Part shown: positions 48,199 to 59,164 of the stretch, in pieces
Position numbering within the stretch: position 1 is the stretch's first letter
Layout of the letters: the number at the start of each line of letters is the position of its first letter
From: Rhynchopus sp. YZ270_cl-10
Lineage: Eukaryota
NCBI GenBank assembly: GCA_964035575.1
Contig: OZ037843.1
Span: 310,001 to 374,000, forward strand
DNA: 64,000 nucleotides
Reading direction: 5' to 3'
Position numbers and translations under genes: made by a program
The notes under the pieces: model-generated
Seen by the model: only the letters and a program-made list of their open reading frames with translations
What the model was told of the DNA's origin: nothing
Database searches by the model: none

Positions 48199-48350
48199 TG
48201 TGTGGTTGTTGTTTCTTTTGAGAGGTGGAAGTACCTGGGTCGTGGTGGTTGTGAGTTCGACCTGGCAGGATGCTCCACTGTATTGTACTGTCGTGGCCGA
48301 CACACAACAGAGATGCACACCTGACTACTTTTGCGAGACCATGGTACCAA

Positions 48351-48385
<35 letters not shown>

Positions 48386-50218
48386 GACAATGCCTCCCTC
48401 CCTCTTAGTAAATAACTGCCACCCACAGCTGCTGGAAAACCACATACATACCCGCGGAAACTCTCTCTTCGCTGTTTTGAACACCCTGTGTGCTACCTTT
48501 ACGGCTGTTGATGCTACAAGAAGAAAAGTTTATAAAATGACTCTAAGCCTCTCGTGCTTGGTCACCTTCACATTCGTTGTCGCGCAGCATCAGATCAGGG
48601 TTTCCACAACTTTGTTGATAGGGATGATTTCATTTCCAGCCGTAGGAATTTTACGTACGATGTAGTGTTCGAGCATAAGCACGGTGTATCGCGGGTACGT
48701 AAAAACTAGGCGACGGTAGCCTTTAAGTCCGGGTGCGCCAAATGGACCGAAAAGAATAAACGTCTTATGTTTAGTTGGTATGTAACTTTCATAAAAAAAA
48801 AAAAATGACCTTTTTTTTTGTATTGAAGCTAAATTGCTGCAAAAAAAAATAGACGTTTTGTTACCTCCCCCCTTTCTGTTGTTTCATTGAGTTCGGCTGT
48901 CGCGAAGCACAATAAGGCATGTGCCCACGACAGCTCTCTACACAAAGAGGGAAAAAAAGGGGGCTGGGAGGGCCTGCAAACGGCACACCTCACTCCCTGA
49001 AGGGGGGGGAGCAGGAGCTGAAGATACCAAGGGGGTGTTTTTTGGTAGCTCAGGGAAGTGGGCACGTTAGCTTGTTCGGGAAGGGTTACAAAGGACGTTC
49101 TACATGAGATACATCCAATGTGTTGTGTTGCAGAGAGAGAAAAAAGTGAAAAAGAAAAGAGAAAAAAAGAAAATTTGTTTCCGTGCATAAATACTTTGAA
49201 AACTTTTGGTGGATCTGAAGTTGAATTTATCAAAACCGATGTTCTGTGTGAACATTTGGTAGTTTCCACTGAAGCTGTTTTTTACTTTTTTTTGATAGGG
49301 GAAACATAAAAAAAAAACCAAAAAAAAAATGGCGTTTTTACTTCTTTTTTTCCGCTTTACAGGTAACTCAAATACATGTAAATGGAGAGAGAGAGAGAGA
49401 GAGAGAGAAGAAAAAAAAATCAACAAACGTTGGTCAGATAACCTTCAGCTGGGGAGTGCTTTAGTCACCTAAAAGTTACTGCCTTGCAAAAAGGGCAGTC
49501 GGTATAAAACCTTTTTTTTTTACAAAAAAGAAAAGAGAAGTTGAAAGTGCAAACGCCCACCATCTGATGAGTGGCGGACGCAGGCACTGGGAGGTGGGGG
49601 AGGCGATCGGGACAGGGTTACAGACGAAGTGGTCGAAAAAAAAAAATGTTACTTCCACTAATCGCTGTCGTGAAAAAGCGTAAGAGCCGGGGGGTGCACC
49701 TTTTGCTGTTGCACCCCTTTGCATCTTACGGCGATACACCCAGCTGCAAAGTGCATTTTACTTTGCAACAACTCTCTTTGATCGAAGCATTATTGAACAG
49801 GAGTGCAGAGGGATTGTACTGCAGCACAGAGAAGAGTCCACCTGCGCTATTTGCTTTGAGCTTTTCTTTGTGTACTCATCCGGAAACGCCGTGTGACGGG
49901 ATTCCGTTTTTTTCTTTTTTTTTGATTTTTGAAAACTTGGTTGTATTAGTGAGACACCCGAGGGTGAACTCCACTATGATTTTTTTTTTTTTGAAAAATT
50001 GTTGGAGTAGTGTAGTTGCCTCAGTTGTGTTGCCACAGTTTGGTGCAATCTCCACTTTCACTTTTTTTTTTGGCGAGACGCTGACTGAAACCATACTTCG
50101 GAAGCCAGTTCAGCACTGCTTTTTTTTCAAAAAAAAGACTACCAGCGAAAAACGCGCAGAAGGCAAACAAAAACCGTTTCTTTCAATAAAAATAAAAACA
50201 ACAATGTCAATTTGTGAT

Positions 50219-50548
50219 CGTGCGGGTTGTCACGATTTTCGCAACCCGGAATGCCTTCCGTACCATCAATTCCATCTGAAGAAAAAGATGAATGAATAAT
50301 ATCATGCTCCACGTGAATACACATCTTGCGACAATGTGCCAATCCACCATCCCAACAACATCAGGGGTATTCGTACATCTGATGTCGGGTTAAAAAAAAG
50401 GCATCAACCGAGACCAGGTCCTGAGCTAGCCCCCAAAAGGTCAAGATACGCAGCCATACTGCCTCAGCAGAGCAAAAGAGAATAGGACAGAGACGGCAAT
50501 AAGGCGCACCTGCACCTGGTCTGTGTCAGGTCTAAACACAACAAAACC
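50219..50548. repeat. ~330-bp dispersed repeat, second copy at ~58773-59102
   Basis: Near-identical sequence from GTGCGGGTTGTCAC to GGTCTAAACACAACAAAACC in both places. Confidence 0.9.
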
Positions 50549-50688
50549 ATCGATAAAAAACAAAGTTGAAAGAAAGAGCGGTTGAAAGTGCAAACGCCTC
50601 ACCGTACCCGTCGGAGGACGCAAGCACAATCCAAAAAATAATAATAACAATTAAAGAAAACGAGAACACTAACACGTCACATACAATA

Positions 50689-51410
50689 CAGTGCGGCGCA
50701 ATATTACGGTGGCGCAATATTACGGGTGCGCAATATTACGGGGCGCATAATTATGGGTAAAAATTGGATTTACCCATAATTATGCGCCCCCGTAACAAAA
50801 CTTTTTTTTTTTTTTTTTTTTTTGAAAAATTGTTAGAATAGTGTAGCCACCTGTGCAAGCTCCACTGTGCTCGTAAAAACCTCACAAGAAATATTGCGCG
50901 CCGTGGCGAACATTTCAACAATTGTGACATAAAAAGCAGGAGGCAACACGGTTGGGTGAAGTTATCAATGTTACATCGACGAGGAAAGCCCCCAGTTGCA
51001 CTTCCTATGGCAGTGTGGCAGATCTCTTGCCCCAGCACCGGGAATCCTGCATGTGCCATCCGCCTTCACCATCAGGACGTCTGCTGAGAAGGAAGAGAAG
51101 GCGAACCGGAAGCTTCTACGGGAGGAATGCCAGTTTGCTGTCCTTGGAGGGTACCGGGCAAGCCACGAAGAGGCGCCGGTGTAGGAGTTGCGGTGGCAGA
51201 GGAGACAAGGTGGCAGAGTGTCAGGATGATGATCTGTACGTCTGGGAGGAGAGTGACATGTGTGAGGCCATCCACAATGGATTATAAAGAAAAAAAAAAT
51301 TCAAAAAAAAAAAGTTTTATTACGGGTGCGCAATATTACGGGGCGCATAATTATGGGTAAATATTGGAGTTACCCATAATTATGCGCCCCCGTAATATAG
51401 CGCCGCACTG
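50689..51410 (+). mobile_element. pogo/Fot1-like deletion derivative with palindromic subterminal repeats
   Basis: TIR CAGTGCGGCGC / GCGCCGCACTG with a TA TSD; the internal peptide KRRRCRSCGGRGDKVAEC resembles a C-terminal zinc knuckle. Confidence 0.85.
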
Positions 51411-51471
51411 TAACAACAAGAACAGTTTTATTTATTTTTTTTCAATTTTTTTTTTTCAGATGAAATCTACA

Positions 51472-53502
51472 CAGGGTTTCCGCGTTCTTCCGGTGTTTTC
51501 GAAGGGGGCGGACGAGTTTTTTTTTCCCCCAAAAAAAAATTTTGTTACTAGTGCTTACTGGGGGGGGGCGAATAAGAGATCAGGGGTGAATAAGAGATCA
51601 GGGCCGAATAAGAGATCAGGTTGAGATTTTGGGGGTATTTTTTTTTTTTTTTTTTGCATGCAACAGGGTTTTATCTTGAAAAAACATTTTGAAATTTTAC
51701 CCTGTCTACCCGGTCTGGCAAAAAAGTGGTCAAAAAAATTTTTTTGCCTCCGGCGAAAATGTTTTTTTGCTTTTTTTTCCCCAAAAAAAAATTTTTATTT
51801 TTGGCTCGTCCGTTCGCCTAATAAGAGATGCCACATCTCTTATTCGCCCCCCCCCAGTAACCTAATAGATGTCGAGCCCGGCGCGCTTCGCGCGTCGGGT
51901 CGGGGGCCTCCGGCGGAGTTGTCTCGCCTCACGGTCTTTCGTGAGACAGAACAGGTGAGAAACTCACGTTATGTTATATTCGGGTTTGCGGGCTCAACAT
52001 ACATCAGAACGTCATGAAGAGTTGTCATTGAGGTGCACACCCTCAACACCGACTTGAGCTCTTGCCACTCTGCCAACAGGTCACTGAATTCAACCCCCTG
52101 CACAATACTGGCTGTCTGGAACTGCTTCCGTTCAGTGATGTCGCTGTACACCGGCTTCAGCGCATCCCCACCCACGACATCATGATGCATGTAGGACAGT
52201 GTGTGGGGGGTGAAGAACTGGTCGTACAATCTGCCTAGCTGTTCAATGCCGTACTCCGTGCGTTGTGCCGGCTTCATCGATTTCGTGGCCTGCTGAATAA
52301 CTGAGGGGTTTTCTATACGGGGTGGGGTGCGTCCCCTGCGGGGCCGCACCCCACCTCGTCCACGTTACAATGCCCCGGGCCCTCTCCCCACCCCTTTTTC
52401 CCACTCCCCGGATGAACTTCGTCCGGACGAACTTCGTCCGGCAGTTTTTTTTTTTTTTTTTCTACCGGACCAGGGTTTTTTCTAGGATTTTTTTTTTCAG
52501 ATCTGGGGGGGGACGCAAAAAACCCGCCCAAAAAAAAATTTTTTTTTGTAAATCAAGGTACTTGACAATAGGAAATAGAAACGACGGAAGGTGCGTGCCC
52601 GCCAGCTTGTGTTTTTCTCATTCATTGTTTTTTCTCTCTCTCACACAACACACACTTCAGCGAAAAAACACATCAAGCTTGCGGAGCGATAAACGAAACA
52701 AGTTGTTTTTCATTGTTTTCTTTTTATTCAGAACCGAAAGTTAGTTTCTATTTTTGCAGGTGCAAGCAGGGTTTCCGCTTATCTTCATGGAAAATTTTTC
52801 CAAAACCGTGAAGATATGTCCAAAAAGGGGTCAAAATATTTCGCGCTCCGCGCAAAAAAGCCCGTTCATTTCACGTAAATACGTGATAACGTGGGATGGT
52901 AACGTACATCAAGAACCAACCCTTTTTCTCATGTTCCACGGAACCTTCCCTAGTACAAGAAACGGCGGTCGTGATATCAGAACTTTCTGGCGAAGCCACG
53001 GTACGCAACATTTCAAAAAAATGTGACCTAAAATTGAACATTTGTACAGCCAAACTATGGTAGAGGGCTGTGTGATTCCGCTCATAAGTTTTGAGTTGCG
53101 CCGCAGGCGCACGGTACGCTACTTTTTTGATTTTTGCCGATCCCTTATTCTCACTCTTTGTTCGGTCCGTCAAATGGTGCAAAGATTGAGTGAATTGGGG
53201 CACGGTCTGAAACTTCACCTTCTTCACAATGATGCCAGGAAGGATAAGACGCGCTTCGCGTGCGCTCGACTCCCTGCCTCCCCCTTTTTTTCTGGTGCGG
53301 GTTACGTCGTGGTGTCCCAAATGGGGGGGTCTGTGCGGGTGACCCCCAACCACCCCCATATCCTTTTTTTCCCAAGTCAAAATGCGTCCCCCCCCCGGGG
53401 GGGGGACGCGTTTCCCCCCAAAATCTGGGGGGGGACGCCGTCCCCCCCTAGAAAAAACCCTGCGGACGAACTTCGTCCGATTTTTGGGTCGCGGAAACAC
53501 TG
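51472..53502 (-). mobile_element. hAT deletion derivative with transposase remnant and nested MITE
   Basis: TIR CAG(G/T)GTTTCCGCG and perfect 8-bp TSD AATCTACA (51464-51471 and 53503-53510). The minus-strand peptide YGIEQLGRLYDQF...LLAEWQELK...NPNI resembles the region preceding the hATC dimerisation domain. Confidence 0.88.
51558..51857. mobile_element. Nested Tc1/mariner-type MITE
   Basis: TIR CTGGGGGGGGGCGAATAAGAGAT / ATCTCTTATTCGCCCCCCCCCAG with a TA TSD and repeated AATAAGAGATCAGG motifs. Confidence 0.88.
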
Positions 53503-53628
53503 AATCTACACCTCACAGCATCTGGGCCACCAAGAATAAATCACACGATAGCCCCCTTCCCCCTTTTATACTCTGTGTAGCCCCACCAGTCTTCAGTCTT
53601 CACTCTTTTCTTTTGTTTACATTTTTTT

Positions 53629-55674
53629 TCAAACCACCATGGTTCCAGTCAGCTTGATGTCCTCCACGCTGCTACCAATATAGAGGTTGACTGTGCCGGA
53701 AACCTTTTCCCATCCGTGGTGCGACACATTGTAGAACGACAGATCTCTGTCCGTCAGGCTGAAGGTCACCGCACCCATCTCCCCGACACCGAGTCTCACC
53801 TTGTCAAACCCCTTCAGCTGCTTCGGCGGTGATTCCGTGTACCCCGGGAGACCGAGGTAGAGCTGTGGGGTTTCCACCCCAGCTCTGCTCCCTGAGTTCC
53901 GCAGAGAAAAGCTAACATCGTGGTTGGACACAGAAAGGGCGCTGTAATCAAACGTAGTGTACGTCAAACCATGGCCAAATGCGTATGCCGGCACCACATT
54001 GTTCGCATTGTACCATTTGTACCCTACCAACAGCCTCTCCGAATACGTTGCAACCAGATCCACTCCAGGGTACTGCTCGGGGGTAAACTCCACTTCGTTT
54101 TCCTTATTCGGGAAGGTCAGGGGAAGACGTCCTTCGGGGGATGTGGTTCCGAAGATAATGCTTGCGATGGCGTTGCCATATTCCTGCCCAGGGAGGAATG
54201 GGATAAGGATTGCGGCAACAGCGTCACGCCATGGGGTTAGCAGCGCGCCGGGGGTGACGGCGGAGACAATAGTGTTGTGCTGTGCTCCAGCGACTGTTGC
54301 AATCAAAAGATCGGCAGAACCATCTAAGGACAGCGATTTGCGGTCCGACCCTTCTCCAGAAACCGTCGCCGCGAATACCATAGCGATGTCACTCTTCCCC
54401 GCAAGCATTGCTGCAGCGGTGATGTTTTTCCCGTCATCGTACACCACACAATAATTATACTTTTCACTGCACTCCTCCTCAATCTCCAGCACCTTCTTAA
54501 CAGCGTCGAATGGTGCTGAAGTATAGTACGGCACAACCTGGCCACTTCCAGTACCATGGACAATGGGGGTTTTTGCTTGGTCGCCGATGATGGCGATGTA
54601 CTTTGGTGTGCTGGTCTTGGCGGTGAGGGGGAGGGGGAGAATGCCGGTGTTTTTGAGGAGTACGGTGCTGCGTGCGGAGATGTTGCGGGCCGCGGTGTTG
54701 TGCGCGACGGAGGTGACGTTGTTGTTGATGCTGTTTGGGTTTGGCGTGTCCATTGCCCCGACCAAGAAGAGGGGGTACAGAATACGCGCTGCGGTGTCTT
54801 GCAGGGCAGCCAGCGTTACCTTCCCTGCTTTGTAGTCTGCGAGAAGGGTGGCATCGAGGTATTTTCCTCCCGGCATTTCCTGGTCCAATCCGGTGTTGAG
54901 GGATTGACTGTGCGTTGCGCCCCAGTCGCTCATGACCCAGCCTTTGAATCCGAGGGCGGTTTTGAGGTCGGTAAGGGTGTCTTCGTTTTCGCAGCTCCAG
55001 GCGCCGTTGATTTTGTTGTAGGAACACATGAAGGAGCCGACGTCGGCTTCGATCGCGCCTTCAAACGGAGGGTAGTAGAGTTCAAACCTGGTGCGTTCGT
55101 CGACCACTTCGTTGATGGTTTGGCGGTTGGTTTCTTGGTTGTTGTTCACATAGTGCTTCACATTCGCGACAACACCTTGCGATTGAATAGCACGGATCGT
55201 CGGCTGAACCAAGGTGTACCCCAGAAACGCGTCTTCGCCAGAGAGATACTCAAAGTTACGTCCATTCTTGGGAACGCGGGCGACGCACACCCCAGGTCCG
55301 AGCTGTACGTTTGCCCCCTTTTGGTAGAATTCGGTCCCCATTGTGGTGCCCCAGAGCGTGGCGACGTCTGACGACCATGCAGCAGCCATTGTCAATCCGC
55401 TGGGAAGTGCCGTGGTGGTGCCGGGTCTTGCGTTGTCGCGGAAGCCCTGAGGACCGTCGTTCATGTTCAATGCGGGGATGCCGAACTTTGCCATTGCAGG
55501 GACATTCCCGATGTAACCCCCTCCAGAACCGTGTGTCAGCTGCACAATGTCCTCGGCAGTCATGTTCGCTGCAAGGGTGACGGCACGCTGCATAGGTGTC
55601 AATGTTGTGTCCATCCAAGGGGCACGCACATCTGCATGCAGTGTGCAGACTGCTGCTAGGATCGCAGCGTGCAT
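53629..55674 (-). CDS. Secreted GH3 beta-glucosidase
   Basis: Signal-like start MHAAILAAVC; motifs DGPQGFR, GRNFEYLSGED, KHY, MCSYNKING and nucleophile VMSDWG; C-terminal Fn3-like region (AFGHGLTYTTF, PKQLKGFDKV). Confidence 0.95.
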   Translation of the reverse strand: MHAAILAAVCTLHADVRAPWMDTTLTPMQRAVTLAANMTAEDIVQLTHGSGGGYIGNVPAMAKFGIPALNMNDGPQGFRDNARPGTTTALPSGLTMAAAWSSDVATLWGTTMGTEFYQKGANVQLGPGVCVARVPKNGRNFEYLSGEDAFLGYTLVQPTIRAIQSQGVVANVKHYVNNNQETNRQTINEVVDERTRFELYYPPFEGAIEADVGSFMCSYNKINGAWSCENEDTLTDLKTALGFKGWVMSDWGATHSQSLNTGLDQEMPGGKYLDATLLADYKAGKVTLAALQDTAARILYPLFLVGAMDTPNPNSINNNVTSVAHNTAARNISARSTVLLKNTGILPLPLTAKTSTPKYIAIIGDQAKTPIVHGTGSGQVVPYYTSAPFDAVKKVLEIEEECSEKYNYCVVYDDGKNITAAAMLAGKSDIAMVFAATVSGEGSDRKSLSLDGSADLLIATVAGAQHNTIVSAVTPGALLTPWRDAVAAILIPFLPGQEYGNAIASIIFGTTSPEGRLPLTFPNKENEVEFTPEQYPGVDLVATYSERLLVGYKWYNANNVVPAYAFGHGLTYTTFDYSALSVSNHDVSFSLRNSGSRAGVETPQLYLGLPGYTESPPKQLKGFDKVRLGVGEMGAVTFSLTDRDLSFYNVSHHGWEKVSGTVNLYIGSSVEDIKLTGTMVV

Positions 55675-57210
55675 GGTGGTGGGAGTAAGTGCTGTTTCGC
55701 TTAGGCGCAAAGGGAGAGGTGTGGTTATTTGTTCTCTGGAAGTATGGTGTTCGTTGTGTGTGGGGAGACCGGGGGAAGAGGGGGAGAGGGGTAAATTAAG
55801 CGGAAGTCGAGAATAATCATTTATTAAACAAAAATCTGATGGTTTTCAGGTGTAACTTCAGTTTTTCACGATAAAAAAAAACTCGAGTGGAAATCGAGTG
55901 GAAATGTGGCTTCATTTTCATTGAGTACGTACAACTATTTTATGAAATGAAGAAGTGGAGAGGTTCATGTGCTGCGGTGCAGGAATGATTGCAGCATTGG
56001 TGTTGTGGTGTGGAGTTGTCGAGTGTGTTCAGAGACGTGTATTTGGTGTACCCTCAGATGGCCACATAAACCCCCCCTTTTGTACTCCACTCCGGATGGA
56101 TGCGATCAACAAAACGACTACTAAAAAATAAATTAAATGTGAAACACAACGTTCAGTAGCTCAATAAAGAAGGGGGGGTGTTACGTTTTTGTTTATGCTT
56201 TTCTTTTTTGCGTTACGAGCGACATGCCAGAGTGCACAGTGCACAAAGGGGCTGAATCAGGGAGCGAGGACTGGGTTCGCACCCCCGAGAGGGGCAATGA
56301 ATCAAATTAAGATCAGTTCTGTCTTTCTTCAATATGACTCATTATCTAGGCACCAGAGGATGCTCCACAAACTACCCGCGACGTGATGGTGACGGAGTCA
56401 CTCCATGCAATCATCATCGCTGGCATCGACTCCTTCTTGTTTTTATTTTCTTTTTTCTTTTTTGGGGAAAATTCATACCGGAACCGGAACTTTTGGGGAA
56501 CCGGTCATTTCAGAACCGGGAACCGGGAAGGTTTTATTGTGTCGACAATCACTACGCTCCAAAAAAACGGAACAAAGTTTCTGTACTCAAAGTTGGCCGA
56601 AGCCTTTGTACTGCAGAAGGCATTGACGTAAGTCGTCCTCAACCTTATAGAGCAGACAGCTTTTTTTTTCTCTTTGTTACATCGCCAATCACCCTTACAC
56701 CTGCTGGTATAAAGGTCAAAAGTCAATGTCAGCTGAAGCTTCTGTGCTTTTTATATTCCTACGAAGCTTGCTTTAAAATTAAAGGAGAATTAGTATCACC
56801 GGGTACGGTACGGTCACCGGATTTGTGCAATCAATGAAACAACTTTGGATTTTTTTTTTTAAACTCAGGCATCATTCAGGCAGCGTATTGCTGTGTGAGG
56901 AAACACATCACACTAGGGGGGGCTATAGAATACACTGTACCTGCTGTAGGTGTGACGCTGACTCACAGTGAGCGAGTCTGCTTTTTTTAGTTTCACTTCG
57001 TTTCGTTCATTGGTGTGTTACTTTTCCTTCCTTCAAAACTTCACACATAACGATTTTTTGGTTTTTTGGGAGACCCACAAGGTGCCGGGTTCTATGATAT
57101 GCACGGAACCACCCTCTTTGTCATATTGTTTCCCGTGCAATACATGGAGAAACATTTCGCACGGTAAATACTGTCATATTGTAAAGCTTTTTGATAAAAA
57201 TAGCGAAACA

Positions 57211-57255
<45 letters not shown>

Positions 57256-59164
57256 AGCGCGTGTGGAAAAAAAGGAGAGGAAAAAAAAAAGTGGTGTTTA
57301 CGTTTTGGGTGCGGGGGCGGAGAATAAAATATGTTTGATTAAAGAAACGCGAGCTTATTGTTTTTATCTTGTTCAGGTTCATATGAGGGGTAGATACCCG
57401 AGGACTCGCTCCACAGTCTTTACTGCTATTTTCAAAACAAAATTATATCGACAATCTCACCCAAAAAAAAAAAAGGGTGGCCTATGTGTGGTGGTATGCG
57501 AAAGGGGTGCTAGGATTCCGTTTCGGCAACTTTTTGTGTTTTTTGATAAATTGTTGGAGTAGTGTAGTTGCCTCTGGTTGTGTTGCCACAGTTGTGCTGT
57601 CTCCACTGTCTGTGTTTTTTTTTTTTTTTTTTGAATTTTATTTCCCAACCCAACAACAATGATAAAGCATGAAGACAAGAAATAAAATCAAAGCGGAATA
57701 AATTTGAAGTTTTTTAGGCACTCAACGAGTGTGCCGGCTCTGTGGCGTCACGGAGCCACCAACACTCCCCAGTCATTTTTCCTGCACTTCCAGGAAAACC
57801 CGCGTATGCGACTAGGGTCAAAAAAAAAAAAAAAAAAACCATTCCTTAGAGAATGGAGCATGCACGGTCCTGGAAGCTCCAAGAAAATATACTTGGGCGG
57901 GTCAGAGGAGTTGCCTTTCCTAAATGTGCACACACAACTGGCAAAACAAAGGATATGAGTTAGACTGAAATAAAGAAACCGCTTTTTGGTTTATCGCAAA
58001 AAAAGAGGGGGGCAGTCACCCACCTGTGTATCATCATTGAAAGAACACTGCTGACCAATTGGTACGGTTTTTGAGGCCGCCCTTTGTGGTAAAACATGAA
58101 GTGTGGTGGGGGGGAGGGACACCTGAGTGGGGGTACAGCCCGCACACCTCTCCCCGAGGTGCAGCAGAGTCCATCTACTCTGGGCCAACCAACCTTCAGG
58201 TCAGTGCAATGACTATCATACGGTATAGCTGGCTTGAGGTGAAACCCCAACCAGGCAAGCCCGACATAAGGCCAGCTATATTATGGCATCCTGTACGAAT
58301 AAAACCAGGAGGGACAAGGCGAATTTGAAAGTGCAAAACGCCTTTTTGGGCGCAGGCATAACAGTCAAAGTTTGGGAATATTTTTTATTTTTCCCCCCCC
58401 CCCTTTTTCTTTTTGATTATATGTTGGGTCACAGTTGGACAAGAAACTTGGCGACCAAAAACAAAATGGCGGATTTGGGGGGGGTTTGCTTGCAATTTGG
58501 TGACCTTTTTTTGGTCACCAATATTATTTGTCCTACTGCAGTGCAGCTGCCATGACAGTCTTCACTTATTTTCCTATTCATTTCGTTTGGCATAAACAGA
58601 ACAGTGTGAGAGTTCTCAAGTACCACCGCGGGGGGAAGCACGAGGAGTCCACCTTTGTACCTCGCATGATCTAAGCTTTGTGTCTTTGCAGGCAGGTGAA
58701 GAACAGTAGTGAGCTAAAAGGAATAAAAAAGATAACACACTACGGAATACGCGCCAAGAGCTGCTTTGTGATAGTGCGGGTTGTCACAATTTTCGCAAAC
58801 CGGAATGCCTTCCGTGTCATCAATTCCATCTGAAGAAAAAGATGAATGAATAATATCATGCTCCACGTGAATACACATCTTGCGACAATGTGCCAATCCA
58901 CCATCCCAACAACATCAGGGGTATTCGTACATCTGATGTCGGGTTAAAAAAAAGGCACCAACCGAGACCAGGTCCTGAGCTAGCCTCAAAAAGGTCAAGA
59001 TACGCAGCCATACTGCCTCAGCAGAGCAAAAGAGAATAGGGCAGAGACGGCAATAAGGCGCACCTGCACCTGGTCTGTGTCAGGTCTAAACACAACAAAA
59101 CCGACAAAAAAACAAAACACAATAACCGATCGCAAAGTAAAAATAGTTTCCCCACCCATAATCT

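Noticed and set aside
23637..48415. Numerous plus-strand ORFs over the array
   Set aside because: They are antisense shadows of the minus-strand genes and contain no independent domains.
49571..50299. 242-aa plus-strand ORF
   Set aside because: It crosses poly-T/poly-A tracts and dispersed repeats, and has no recognisable domain.
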